A stretch of DNA of 64,000 nt from Mytilus edulis (lineage: Eukaryota): NCBI RefSeq assembly GCF_963676685.1, contig NC_092354.1, positions 47,864,001 to 47,928,000 on the forward strand, in the 5' to 3' direction. Position numbers and translations under genes: made by a program. The stretch's first letter is position 1; each line of letters opens with the position of its first letter. Below the pieces are notes generated by a model that searched no databases, was not told the origin of the DNA, and worked only from the letters and a program-made list of their open reading frames with translations. This document shows positions 1 to 14,019 of this stretch, in pieces.

Positions 1-1493
1 TCAAATAAATTATCTCATGTTGAAAACAAATCAATATGCGATGCCATTCATCGCGATAAGAAATCAACAAATTAATGGTTCACATCATCCAAAGAATAAG
101 ATTTTGTTTCGGAATTAATAGGAACATTGACATGTTCTGACCTACAAATAATTCAAGCACATTCTTACTTCCTATAAAATATATTCTGATATAATAGATT
201 ATTGCCCTAAAATGTCGAACCATACATATCATTGAATTATTATTTATCGTGGTGTAAGCCAATGTATTTGGCTTGTTTTAAAAGCTGAAATTTTCACGGT
301 CTTATATTTCGAATTAAGAAAACACTCCACAAAGGCCTGCAATTCATAAAAAGTTATCTTCATTTTCAATTAAAACTCTTCTTTTGATTTCTTTGCCGTG
401 CCATTATTCTCTCTGTTGATTGATGTTTTGATCTGAGTGTATTATTACATTCTTTGACGTATCTGATTCTGTATGTACTTAAATATCGCATACATAATGA
501 TTCACACATTGCTTATAGCAATTTCCATTGTTTTTTTTTAAATTTCAAGCCTATTTGTACTAAACGAGTTAAACCGTACAGCCTTGTAACATAAAATCTA
601 CCAGCGTTAAAATTAAAATTCATTGACATGTTTTTTTTGTTTTATTAAATCATGCTGTCATATTTTCTAAAAGAACTAACACTGTAAAGTAATTTGTGTT
701 AGGTTTCAGTCGTAGACAAGGTCGTTAGTTGACGGCAAACTTGAAAAACAAATTAGAAGGTCTTTAATTGAACAATGAAGTTAAAATGTCAAAGGTTTTC
801 ATATGTGAGAATACGAAAATGATAACGACCTGTCACGCTGGGCAAACACATGAAAACAGTTTGATAATGCTATCTTAAAAAAACAGAGAAATTGACTGAT
901 ATTAAAGTAGATATACTACATTTAAACAGATATAAATATTTTGACCTGGTCTTATGTAGACGAAACCCGCGTCTAGCGTATTAAATTAAAACCCTGGTAC
1001 CTTTGATAACTATTGATTCATGTGATTGTTTGACAAAAAGTTAGCATGTTATTCTCAATAACATTGACAGCTTATGAGCTGAAGTTGTGTTTATCTTTTG
1101 TATTAGAGCTCCGCAGAGTGATATTTCAGCATATAGATAGGGTAAGCATATTGTGTTAATATTAAACAAACCAAAATGTACTATTAAAAAAACTATAGTG
1201 GTATGTTCGTCAGTCCAGTATACACCGACCGTCAATAATATCATGCTTGACTTTCAAAAATGTGATATTCATTTCCGTTTGGATAATACAAGCTTCAAAC
1301 ATTGAACACGTTTTTCAACATTGATTTGTTGAACACGGCAAATATCAGGGCCACATTATGCTATCGTTGTATATATATTGTGCATTTGTAAAGTTTTAAA
1401 ATAAATAGTCGGCACATCTACGCTTTAAATACCAATAAACGGCGTAGTGTTTGACAGATAGAAAAACATAACAATAATTCATTTAAAAACTAT

Positions 1494-1705
1494 TACTGTG
1501 GATTCATTTATTTTCGTGGGAACCAATTTTCGTGGTTTGAGGAAAACTTGCATATTCGTGGATATTTAATTTCGTGGTTTTGACAAAGTATGCATATATT
1601 CCTTTAAGAAATTTGCAGTTCTTTGAATATTAAAATTCGTTGTTTCCCGCTACCCACGAAATCCACGAAAATTGGTATCCAACGAATAATAATGAATCCA
1701 AAGTA
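1494..1705. mobile_element. TA-flanked MITE (tactgtggattcatt family)
   Basis: TIR tactgtggattcatt / aatgaatccaaagta with internal ttcgtgg/ccacgaa motifs; second copy at 51073-51289. Confidence 0.8.
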
Positions 1706-3939
1706 GTAGAATGTGTGCCCACTGTTGTTCTATTTGGTAACTTCTCATTTATATTTTAATTCAAATTCAGGAAATAATAATAGATAAATACACGTTCACC
1801 AAATATTTACGACATCTGTGTTGCATAGTGTGGGAAAATGTCTAAAACGATATCTTTAATAGATCTTTAGTGTTTCCTTTAAACATTCGGCAAACATGTT
1901 GAGTATCTATTCGATATATATATATAACGATGACATGTTTATATATGGCAAAAAAAAATAATCTTAATGTTAAGGTAATTGACCCTCACAAGTACAAGTC
2001 TAGAATTTATAAGTAATACACCGTTTGTTCGAGATTTGATACATATAAATAAATTGAACAACCAGGGATGCACAAATTCGTAGAAACCTCATATATAACC
2101 AAAATGAATATGAACATAATAGCCAAATATCTTGTCGGCAATCTTTGTCGCACAGAGGTTAAACTTTAGTTAATGAAATTTGTTAAGCTATCAATCGAGA
2201 ATTTTAAGTTTGGAATAACGTATTCACCAGTAGCGCGATCGACCAAGAAACATAACTAAGACTAAATGAAAAGAAATACATATTTCCATTTTTTGGAAAT
2301 CCGACAACACAGTCAAGATAACACCCACAATTGTCAACATGCAATATTTATGAGCATGTTAAAACTTTGACAATCAAGGGAGAATCATTACGTACACATG
2401 AAATCAATAGGACAATGATTTTTGAAATACTTTTCAATCGTAATAATCCTAAAACAGGTGGTATAGAAAAAAAATATCTGCTGTTTCAAAAGTAAAAGCA
2501 GTATCTTTATTGATGATATCTACATACCTTTATGTAGCAGCATATCATGTAAATACTTTAAAACATAACAATTCAACTCTTACGATCGGAATTAAGTGAG
2601 GATTGACTATATAGGAGTTAAGGACACAAGTTAAAATAAGTTAAATCAATAACGTTTTCCTCGACGTCGATTTTTATCAGCACATATCAGATTACATTTT
2701 CATTAGTACAGATTTGATTAACACTTGTATCAACTGAAAAGAAAAAACATGTGACCGTTGCAAGATGTAGGACTACAAGTGCAAACGTATGAAACAACAA
2801 CACTTGAAATTTTGCATCAATATGTTAAAACAAGAACTATTTGTTTCAACCGAAATATCCCGTTGTCGATAAAATCCTTACATTGAATTAATGAAATGTT
2901 AATGTGATTTAATGAAAGGCCAACATGCAGATATAATGATGTTTAAAATATATGACAAATTTCATTAAACAATTAAAAGAATACATACCGTTTCAACTAG
3001 AACAATGGAGCAAGACGTTATGATTAAAATTGAACTTTACACAGAAACACAAGGATAGCACCACTCCGTTATAATACCATAACCATGATTACAAGACAGT
3101 ATAAAGCACAATGAAAAAATATAATAGATATCTTTTCACCCAGAACTCGTTTGTACTCAAAGTACTTAACCACTTGATATGAAAGCAAATCGTGCTCACA
3201 GCGTGCTATTTTTTTTATGTTAAAACTATAAAAGAGATGCAAAAGTTTTAAGAGGAAATTTCAAACTCATAATTCAATAAAAAAAACCTGACAACGTCCT
3301 GGCTAAAGTCTCTAGTCCCATAGACAAACAATAATACACAAAACACATCATAGAAGAAAAACAATCCCCACCAAACTAGGGGCGATCTTATATGACCGTA
3401 AGGGTAATAGATACTGCCCCACATGTACACCCGTCGCGTTGGTTCACACAAGGTAATGGTTTGGGTTTCATTTGGTAAGTCGCACTTGTGAAATGTAGTA
3501 ATGACATATCAGTGAATTAGCAATTATTGTGGTGACAGGAAAACGCATTATTTGGTTTATTGAAATCTACTTTATAAATTTATAAAATTTAAGAAATTAT
3601 TTGGTCATCACTGATTCTGATAACTGCAATGACAAAATATGTCATGTAAGTTTTGTATTAACCGACACCTCATGTCAATTTCTAAATCTAGATAAAAAAT
3701 GAGTCAAACTTAACTTTATTTGTAAGGATAATTATGTAGTTGTTTATCAAGTAAAGTGAAAAAAGATCCAGTTATAAATTTACGAATATTTCATCTTGAA
3801 ATCTTCTTTACAGCAAACGGCAGTCGTTGTTACTGTTTGATTTATTGAAACTATAACAACGGTGTCTAGTTAAATACAGCGATATTTAAAAAAAAGACGC
3901 ACGTCACTTGTACTTTAATTAACACTCTCAAATCAGTAA

Positions 3940-4133
3940 CGTTGTTAGCTTAATCCCACACGTGGCAGGTGCATTCAACTCCAGTCGGCATTGACTAAGA
4001 TTGCAAGCTTTCCTACTGATGTTCGGTGGCTTTCAACGGCCACTCTGGCTCCATCCAGTGATTACACCTGACAGCCACAAAATAACAAAATATTGTTGAA
4101 TGTTACATAAATTCAATCAATCAATCAATCAAA
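3940..4133 (+). mobile_element. Degenerate SINE-like element with (tcaa)n tail
   Basis: GC-richer body, then aaatattgttgaa...tcaatcaatcaatcaatc; a similar tail is at 11340-11495. Confidence 0.5.
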
Positions 4134-5707
4134 CAAATAATAAAAAAAAAAATTATCACGCCAGATATAAAATGTACGTAATTGAACATTACTCTCTCCT
4201 GTTCAATTGTCTATTTCATGAACTTGAAACCGTATATACGAGACATGACAAAATGCATTGACTACAAGCTATCCCATTTCCACTCGAGACTCTCTCCCTT
4301 CTAAAAAATATAGCTTTTCATTAATGATACATGATCGTGTTTTTTTTAGATAAGAGTCAATAGTAATAGTTAAACACCGATGAAAACCTTGCAGATCTTC
4401 ACCAATAAAAAAAATATATAGTTTGCTATCTTCGGACAACTTGCATAGACTAATTTTGACTTCATTCAACAATAGGTATTTAGAAAATTGCGTATAAAAC
4501 TTCAGTACATTGCACATATGAAGTCTAAGCTTTTTGTATTTGAACATGTAATTGGTTTATCGTGTATTACTTAAAATAAATTTTCATTCCAAAAGTCAAG
4601 TGATCTTCTCCTTTCTATACTCGTAAAACTAGATTGTCATTATGGATTCGAGTGAACTAAAATTGGCGTTATATAATAGTAACCCCAAAAAATAATCTAA
4701 TGAAATAATCATTTAGCTATATATGTTATGGTTGAAAACTCAGCGAGAGTGCAATCATTTCGTTCAACTGTTTTCATAAAAGTTGCGTTGGATAAACCAT
4801 CAATAAATAACTGTCACCGTCAAATAATAAAACGTCGTTTGACCTTTAAATATCTTACTAATTAATTGACAATATCATTCAGATCTTACTTAATGGAACA
4901 TAATCCTACAGTCAAAGATCGTAAAATACTACACGCCTTCCTTCTCACGTAATATTGGAAATAACGGATCACTTGATCATCAGTTATGATATTATTCAAC
5001 AAAATAATTTGATTCTTGTAAAAACAAACTAATGTTTGTCCTTTAATTTGCTTCTATAATTCAGAAATTGAAGAAATATTGCAACATAATCTATTATCCG
5101 ATAAACATCTAATTGAATTTCGGGGTTTAATGTGCTTGCGGTAAAATGATCTAAAACAATGTTACATGGTTACATTGCCTTTCAATTTTACGTTTTATAC
5201 AACAGAATAGCGTTTCGAGTACACAAAAGTTATTGGTCAAAACAGCTAAAAGGAATAAATTAAAGCCAAAATAATCCGAATAATGTGTGCCACAAACCGC
5301 TTAGGTAATACAACTGTCATACGAGTGAAAAGTTAACCTAGATTTAAAACTTATTTTCACCCACCATTTTCATCGAGAAATAACTGTTATAATTCAGACA
5401 TATGTCAATTGTTTTCCAGTGTTTCAATTACGTTTTCTTTCTTTGTAATGTTATTAAACATTCTTTTAAAGCTGACTTAACAATATAGGTTTTCTCATGT
5501 TGAAGGCATCACTTTGACATATAGTTGCATTATATTCGTTATTTAATTTTGATGGCTAGTTGTCTACTTGAAAGTCATACACTGTACCACATCTACTTAT
5601 TTTGAATACTCATCTAGTTTACGAGTGAGTCTAACAATAATCACACCAATAAACTACTTCGACATGACCTTTTCTTACTTTGTTGATAACACTTTTGCAT
5701 TAGGCAT

Positions 5708-5845
5708 TGAAAGAGGGACGAAAGATACCAAAGGGACAGTCAAACTCATAAATCTAAAACAAACTGACAACGCCATGGCTAAAAATGAAAAAGACAAACA
5801 GAAAAACAATAGTAAACATGACTCAACATAGAAAACTAAAGAATA
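5708..5845 (+). mobile_element. Interspersed repeat (gataccaaagggacagtcaaactcat family); copies near 13575-13707(-), 24630-24725(-), 29510-29716(-), 32265-32430, 54090-54180
   Basis: Recurrent gatacca.agggacagtcaaactcata.atc...ctgacaacgccatggctaaaaa. Confidence 0.7.
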
Positions 5846-8800
5846 ATTGCATTAGGCATTTAACATGCATTAAAATATAAAGAGATGTGAAAGTACAATG
5901 CCATTACATTATATCTGCAGTTCATTTGAACAATTTAGCATTAGGTAATCTATTGTCTTGAAATTCAAAGGAGATATTTGTTTTTTATCAGTTGATACAT
6001 TAATGGAACCAAGTGTCCTGTGTCGAAAAAAATTGTTACAAATAAAGCATTAATGGGACAAATCATCAAATGTGAAGGATACAAACTATAGTAATTTTAA
6101 TGAAAGATAGATTTACCATGCAATCCATTATGGATAAGTTCTAAAAGAATCTAACAGTATCCATTCGTTGCAGATCATATACATCGGAGGTTGCATAAAT
6201 AATAAGACGGGAAAAACCAAGAACATCATACCCAAAAATTAAAGTACATGAGGTTACATGCATTTGATAAAAAAATTTAGTATCCACATTCCAGAATTTG
6301 TAAAAAGAAACAGAACATACACAATGAAGGATGCATAAATCACAGAACGGGAAAAATCTAAAATATCATTGCCAAAAATAAGAGTGGGCGAGGTGACATG
6401 TTTTTATCATTGTGATACTGGAGGATAATGGTATAAATGACAATCAAATCATATCTCCTCCTATTTTTATATCTTTATAGACACTATTTTCTTTGATTTT
6501 ATATAAATACAGTGGATGAAACGTGGTTATGTACGTTAGTGAATATATAAGCTTATTTTAAAAAAACGATATAAAATAATCTCATATTTTTAAACCTGAA
6601 ACAAACCCGCTAAATAGCATTTGATATCTATGTTGTTCTCGAAATAAAATATCTTGGCTAATGACATTAAGAGGACCAGTTAAAATACATACACCAGATG
6701 AACATGACAACAATAACATCCATTTCGCTCAAACAACAAATTGTTGCCTATTATATAAGTCGAATCGTATTACAAGACTTTAGAATCTATCGGCACATCT
6801 TTATGATTAATTAAGAGAAAAAGGAAACGAAACAGAACTAAAAGTCATTAAATAGCTGACACATCTCCTACGATTAGTTTCGCTAAACACCCACCTCTGA
6901 AAAGGTTTCCTCAGAAGCAATTCACCAACTCGTCAAATAATAAATGTACAAGATGTAGAAATACATTTCATACACTTGAGAATTAAGCAACTATCTACTT
7001 CGTAAAAGAGATACAGACCACTTGCAACTCATATGCTATGAGTCGTCATAAAGGTAGTAAATATCAGCATTTTTAAGAAAACTTATGTTCTAATTGTAAA
7101 CATGTCCGTCTTTTTCCTTAACAATACATTGGTCATAGGTAATTGTGTACTCTGTAAACGCGTTCCGTTTTCAAAGACTAATTGGTGATTCTCGAATCAA
7201 AAATATATAAAACAGCTTGATAGATAAAACAGACAGATTGATAAAGATCACACGACATACACAACAATTACTAGGACTATAAGCGATATACATACATGTA
7301 GAATAAACTCCTCAAAGAAAGCGAATGTATTGACAAAAAATGATCTGAGTAAATGGAAAACTATATTTAGAAAGTTTAAATAGTAAATGTACAAAATCAA
7401 ATAGTGTTTTAACACTACAATTCCTAATCAAAATTCTTAAATTTTGACCTCAACGTAATAAGAGATGTATTAGAAATTGTCAGAAAACACAAGTTACCAT
7501 ATTATTCCACTTTCTAAGTTGTGGATTTCACATTCTTGACATATTTTTAGTAACTTCTTCTTCTTCCAACCTATCTATATCTAAGTAGGTTAATCACAAA
7601 TGTATATAAAATTAAATTATTAATATTGCTTGTGAAAAAATGTAAAAGTTAAATATTGTTTGCGACAATAATAAAATCAACACTGATGTTTAAGTGGGAA
7701 GTGAAAGTATGTTGCCAATTACAGTGTAAAAACATTTCCGTTATCTTTTCAGATTTGATATCTTTCCACGGCTGATGCCTGCCTACGCAATATGAATAAG
7801 TAATGTAGATTTTCTAGAAAATAGGGTTTACTAGTCTAAAAGTCATGGTTCACTATAAACGTCTTTTTCTATATTTGGACGAGACAATTGAATTACAAAT
7901 GTAACAGTGATCACATTATCATACTATATTTTGATGAAATTATACTTAGAAATGTTATTTTTATAAAGTTTTAGATCCAACGTTTGTTGGAGTAAATATG
8001 CAACTTATCATATATTAACAATATATAATTGAACTAACTATTCAATTAATAAACCGTAACTAGTTGAGTCCCATTGATTCTTTATGTACTAAATACATAA
8101 AATGATTTCATTAAAATCTCTATTAGACTGTTATTAATGTTCACATTTTTTGTATTGTCTTTTTATATTGACGAAACGACTCCAAATGTACTTCATTTGA
8201 AGAAAACAGTCATAAAAGTAAAAAATACATTATTTTAAGATCTGGTATTTTTACAAGATACGAGCAAGATATTTTCCAAAAAAATATTTAAGTTGCAAAA
8301 TGTACTTCGTGTAAAATGTCTACTATGGTTCGAATCTGGCTCTTACTTTTAAGATCAAAAGCAGAAGTATACGTAAATTAGATTTTTTTTTATCAAATAC
8401 AAAATACGTAATTTTGTTCGTGTCGTTATAGTAATAAAAGTAGCCTTTCTATATTAAAACGTCATACTTAATGCGACTGGGTCATTTTGTAATTGAATTG
8501 AATTAACATTTGAAATTATTATTTTAGTTAACATACTTTGATGTTACATGTTCTGTTGAGCAAAATGTTGAGGTTCTTTTACTGTGCTGTGGATTTTATA
8601 TTTGTGGGTGCCAGTTTTTTTTTGAATTGCAGAAATCTTGGATATGTGATTTCGTTGTTTGCTAGAGTTTGTATAATAACTGATAACATATGTGCAATCT
8701 AAGATACCAGGCTTATAATATGATACGCCAAACGCGCCTTTTGTGTACATAAGACACATTATTGACGCTCAGATCAAAATAGATAGAAAACCAAACAAGT

Positions 8801-9080
8801 AAAAAGTTACAAAGTATTGATGATAAAAATTCTAAAAAGTTAAACCAAATACAGCTACGTTGTTTCAACTTAGGTAAATTATAGTTTTAAAACAACAGCA
8901 TGCAATAATCCAAATGAAACAATTATCTTTAATTGAAGGCCAAATTGATTGTATTTGTAAACGCGTTTATTATTTTTTATTTTACTGCTCATCAACAGAA
9001 TACCTTTTTGCTGAATTAGATTGAATTAATTTCTATGGATCAAAGTGAGTGGCGTAAAAGACATGAACATATTCATTTAA

Positions 9081-9289
9081 GGAGGTAGACCTAGGTTAAG
9101 GGAAATAACTCTTAAAATCATCAGTACGTTTGTATCAACCATTTTCAAAAATATATTTTAAGCTTCTAGGTTACATAGATTATTTTCAATCTGTTTCAGG
9201 TAAATGCTTAAAATACATTGATGAAACGTGACTTTTACAAACACATAACTGATTTAAAGAGTTATCTCCCTGAACCAAGGTCTACCACC
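9081..9289. mobile_element. TTAA-flanked MITE (Kolobok-like)
   Basis: ttaa|ggaggtagacctaggttaagggaaataactct...agagttatctccctgaaccaaggtctaccacc|ttaa. Confidence 0.8.
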
Positions 9290-9407
9290 TTAAAAAGCCG
9301 TGAACTGATAAAAAACTATAATGAATCTAATGGCGATACTGTATTCAGTCTTCAGTACGTACAGTATTGTCTTATAAACAAATTGACATTCAGTTTCAGT
9401 GTAAATA

Positions 9408-9620
9408 AAGGTAACAGTAGTATACCGCTGTTCAAACTCATAAATCCACGGACGAAAAACAAAATCGGGGCAACAAACTAAAACTGAGGGAAACGCATTA
9501 AATATAAGAAGAGAACAACGACACAACACTATAGTGTAACACACACAGAAACCGACCAAGCATCAGACAAAATCCCACGAGAATAACAAACATAACATCA
9601 AAACCAAATACATGAAACAC
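9408..9620 (+). mobile_element. Interspersed repeat; copies near 31370-31700 and 40425-40520(-)
   Basis: Shared agtata.cgctgtt...aaaatccggg..acaaactaaaactga.ggaaac.catcaaatata. Confidence 0.65.
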
Positions 9621-9669
9621 ATCCTCAGAAGATTTTTTTTTAAATAGTTGCAGAAAGTGTAAATTTCAC

Positions 9670-10170
9670 TCAACTGTCTGTCGCGTAAGAAGTTGTTTTT
9701 TTTAAATTTCGAACAACAAAGGAATGCCAGAACGCTAGTAATTTTAGGTTCATCAAAGTGTACAATACATTTACTTAAAATATCTCTAATTACTTTCTGG
9801 TTCAAACTTTACAGTCCGTTGGGAGAATCATAACAGGTAATTATGAAAATCATGACATCGATTTGATTTTACAGGATAGATAAAGATTCCCAATGTCTTC
9901 ATAAGAGTTGCAATAATATATACATTACAGCCAAAACCTGTCTCAGGACCACTGTCTGTGCATCAAAAGTAGCCAATTTAATAGCATACCACGTTATTAC
10001 TAATATAATAATTGTCTGACTGCGTTTGTTTCAGGTGCAAATCACCCTAGAGAAAATGTATTTCTTTGTTTGTTCATCTAGTTTGACTTAACCTGTTTGT
10101 TATTGTATTGATCATTATTTTATGATTAAGCTAAGAAGGGTGGTTATGTTCCTTTGCAATTTTGAACAAT
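9670..10170 (+). promoter_or_regulatory. Conserved non-coding block, probable promoter/5'UTR exon of the receptor gene (donor CAG|gtaatt at 9836/9837)
   Basis: Coding exon 1 begins 1 nt after an acceptor, so an upstream UTR exon is implied. The block aligns colinearly with 57500-58010, including gaatcataa.ag|gtaattat and ttcatcaaagtg. Confidence 0.5.
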
Positions 10171-12419
10171 ATTTTTAACTAAGATTTAACAATTAAAAAA
10201 CAGACTGAAATTAAGTTTAAAAATTACTTTCAAACACAAACTACTTAAATACACATATCTAGGAAAATAAGAAAACTGCCAGAAGAATTCATGATTTGAT
10301 AGGATTGACACTTGCTAATGAATTTTCTACAACAATATTATAATAAATGCCCAACAAAATGACATAATTGGCAAATTCACCATTTCTATTTTCAATTTTA
10401 ATATACAAATATTACTATAAAATCGTAATAAATATTATGCTCTTAAATATTGTTTGCAAAAGAAAAGAAAAATTGCATTACTAGTCACAAAACCTATATT
10501 AAGATTATCTTAGGGGTTTGCACTATTGATACGAAGGAATTTAGTACAAACTATTTTAAATTCGGACGAGCATGGCGAGGAAGAATTAAAAAAAATATTA
10601 ATGTCGGGTGTCGTCCTTCTTTTATACGATTTCACCTTCTGACTACTTTGTATTTTATTTTTTTAAATATTCCTTTGTATTAAAGCGTAATTATTATCTA
10701 AATCGAATGAGTATAACAATTTCCGCACAAGTGTTTAATGTGCACTGTTTGCAGTTCATATATGTATTTTAATGATAAAGACACATTGTACATAACTGAT
10801 CAAGCATGACTATAATCATTTTGAAAATTAAAACGTCTTAAAAATGTTAAAGTTTACATTTAAAAAAATAAGTTTTGTCATTATAATAGTATCTCTTTAA
10901 AGGATAAACAGTAAAATTTCTTACATGTTACAGGTAGGTTGTTTAATTATTAAAATGTGTAATATAATAAATCATTTGACATTTTATTGGCATAAATGAT
11001 CATTTATGTCAAACGTTTTACCTAAATGGTGTGTACAGTGTTATTATGTAAGTATATGTATTGGTGTACACGTGTTATTAATTTTGTGTGTATCTTGCAA
11101 TTACTTATGGTACAAATAAAGCTAATTTTTAATGAACTGAAGTTATATTTTCGCGTTATTTTGTTAAAAGATAAATATGAATGAAGTCAAAGTTTAAACC
11201 ATTATAATTAAACAGATGGAAAACTTGGATATCGCATATTAAAGTTACAAAATACAATGTAATTCATTATTTTTGTTTTCTTTCATCTCTGTTTATGCTA
11301 TTTTTAGTGTCACCCCAATCTCTCTAAGGGGTCCGTAGACAACATTTCTGACCCTCGTGTGGCAGTGTCATCACCAAATCCCTCATTCAACTACCCTAAA
11401 ACATCACGTTATATTTAGTTAACTAGTTATTATACTTGAATATGCGTGAAATATTTGCCGCTGGAAGTTTATGAAGCAACCACCAATCAGTCAACACGTA
11501 ACTACCAACTTCTGGTTTTTAAATACTAGTACCAGTGTACGAGGTGAAAGGTTACTGTAATAAAATACAAACAACACAGAACAACTGTGAAGTCCGTACA
11601 CCAAAATATTCGCATATACTAGTATGAGGTTACCGATTTATTTAGTTGTCCATGTTGTTTTATGTTGAAGTAAAAGTTGTAAAGTATGGAAATGGAAATC
11701 AGGGATGCCTTGCTCAACCCTCAAGCCAACAAAATAAATATAAAGAAAAAAGGTTAGTTCACTCCGTTAAATATTTAGTAAGACATCTGTTTTGTCACAC
11801 TTCTCAAATAACGGCCGGATACGGATCTCAGAGAAAATAGCTTTAAACACTTAAGAATCAATAAATGAACACGACCTCGTATAGACCATCATTAAATAAA
11901 GCATTAAATTATAAAGCTTTGACTATAAATGTAATGTTTAACTTATAAACGAGGGTTCACAAAACATAGTTATAGGTAAAATAGGAACGATAGTTTACAG
12001 GTGAAATATGCGTTCATGAATACTGGTTTACTAAAACTTGAAATTTAAATGTTTTATTGTATATAAAAGAATAAGATTTACAACATCATTTTACTATAGT
12101 CAATTGCCTAAACAAAGCACACAAAAACAATTATATGAAATTATTCAAAATAAAATAAATTTGAATGAAAAAGGAGCTTTGAGATTTGAATTGATGAAAT
12201 GTAGACGGTTACAAGGAAATCAAAGTATTTGTAGGATGTACTTTCAGTTTTTTAAATATATATTTCTATTTTTTTTTTGTTAGGAAGGGGGAAGGGGGTT
12301 TGGTAGGAGATAAACTATGGAAATATTAAGCCATTTTAGGTAGTCATATCAATAAAATACTAAGGACACTAACAGAGGTTAGGGGCCATAGGTTAGGGTC
12401 TATGTGGATTTTTTAACTG

Positions 12420-12830
12420 AACAAGTAATAATAAGCTAATTGTACTCAATAAAAGACAACAAAGTAAAGAAAAAAGAAGAATATTGTTAAATAAAGTACA
12501 CACAAATTAAAGTAAAACAAATAAAAAATATTGTTAAAAAGAGAACTAACAAAGTAAAAAAATTAAGACTATACATTACATGTAGCTTAATAAAGGACAA
12601 AGAAAATGCAAAATAAAGAATATTGTTAACTAAAGGACAAAACAGTAAAACAATAAACACTGTTGCTAAATAAAGGGCACACAAAGTAAGAAAATAAAGA
12701 CTTATGCTAAATAAAGGACAAACAACGTAAAAAAAAAAAGAATATTGTTAGATAAGGACAAAAAAAAGTGACAAACAAAGTAAAATAATAAGAATATTTT
12801 GACAAAATAAATAACGAATAGAGAAAAACA
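12420..12830. repeat. A-rich degenerate ~40-bp tandem repeat upstream of coding exon 1
   Basis: Recurrent aatattgtta.ataaaggacaaacaaagtaa motif. Confidence 0.6.
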
Positions 12831-12934
12831 GTCTAAAAGCCTTGATTCGACGGTCTTCAATGTCATATCATGTGTAATGGTGCTCAATCTGTTCTCCAAG
12901 CAAACTGACTAATTTTATATTTATATTTTACAGA

Positions 12935-13160
12935 ATGATTCTGATGAACAGATATCTCCTCGTTATCATATTGTCGACTTATGCTCTTAGTGAAACAGTA
13001 TTACCAGGGGAGGTAACTGTTGCTGCCTTATTCCAAATACAGAATGCTGTTAATAATAAATGTGATGGAATTTCTCCACTCTCTGTGAAAAGTCTTGAAG
13101 CTGTCAAATGGACTTTTAGGAATTTAAATGAAAACAACTATATTCCTGGAGTTTCTATTG
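12935..13160 (+). CDS. Coding exon 1: signal peptide and start of VFT1
   Basis: Acceptor ttttacag ends 12933, ATG at 12935. MILMNRYLLVIILSTYALS is a hydrophobic leader, followed by PGEVTVAALF...SLEAVKW...YIPGVSIG, matching the class C pattern GD...LF...EAM...LLPNITLG. Donor G|gtaata, phase 1. Confidence 0.88.
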
Positions 13161-13788
13161 GTAATAACACAAATATGATAAGGCTAAAACATATAATATG
13201 AGTGATTACTATTACATCTGCGAAAAAAATGGAGTAGGTAAGAGGGGATTGTTTTTTTTTTATTTTACCATTTTATTTCACATTGAGTCTATGCATATGG
13301 GATGGATATATTGACTTTAACAGTGCTTATTGAAAAATGGCAAAAAAAACCCCTTCAGGGTACTAGGCTATTTATGAGAGGAAATACAATAGGTAGGGTA
13401 AAGTAATACAAGACTAACAAAGACCAGAGGCTCCTGACTTGGGACAGGCGCAAAAATGCGGCGGGGTTAATTATGTAAATGAGATCTCAACCGTTCCGCT
13501 ATACCTCTAACCAATGTAGAAAAGTAAACGCATAACAATAAGCATATTAATTTAGTTCAAGAGAAGTTCGAGTCTGATGTGCTGTGTTTCTGTTGTTCGT
13601 GTATGTTTTGTCTGTTTGTCTTTTTTCATTTTAAGTCATGGTGTTGTCAGTTTGTTTTTGATCTATGAGTTTGACTGTCTCTCTGGTATCTTTTGCCCCT
13701 CTTTTAGAGTGAAGGTGTGTTTTCACTTAAACTTTCGCACGTCTGGTGGTAGGTTTTCGGTAAACTTCACCAAAAAACTCCTATTAAT

Positions 13789-13899
13789 AGCTTTGAATCT
13801 ATTCAAAGCTTTACTTCTATCTATAGCTTTACTACTATTTATATAGCATTATTACTATTAAACACTTTACTTCTATGTATAGCTTTACTGCTATTTAAG
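13789..13899 (+). repeat. ~18-bp degenerate tandem repeat (~6 units) ending at the exon-2 acceptor
   Basis: agctttacttctatctat-like units at 13789, 13807, 13825, 13845, 13862, 13881. Confidence 0.75.
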
Positions 13900-14019
13900 G
13901 TCTAGAGGCTTACCCAACATGTGAGATGGTTGCAGAAGCCAGTGACAGGGCTGTTCATTTAATTTACAAAATCCGACAAGACAAACAAGACTCCTCCTTC
14001 ACAGATCCACCACTTGTAG
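13900..14019 (+). CDS. Coding exon 2 (absent from ORF track): GLEAYPTCEMVAEASDRAVHLIYKIRQDKQDSSFTDPPLV
   Basis: ttaag acceptor and G|gtaagt donor, 120 nt, phase 1-1. It supplies the G..xDTC-equivalent segment needed between exons 1 and 3. Confidence 0.85.
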
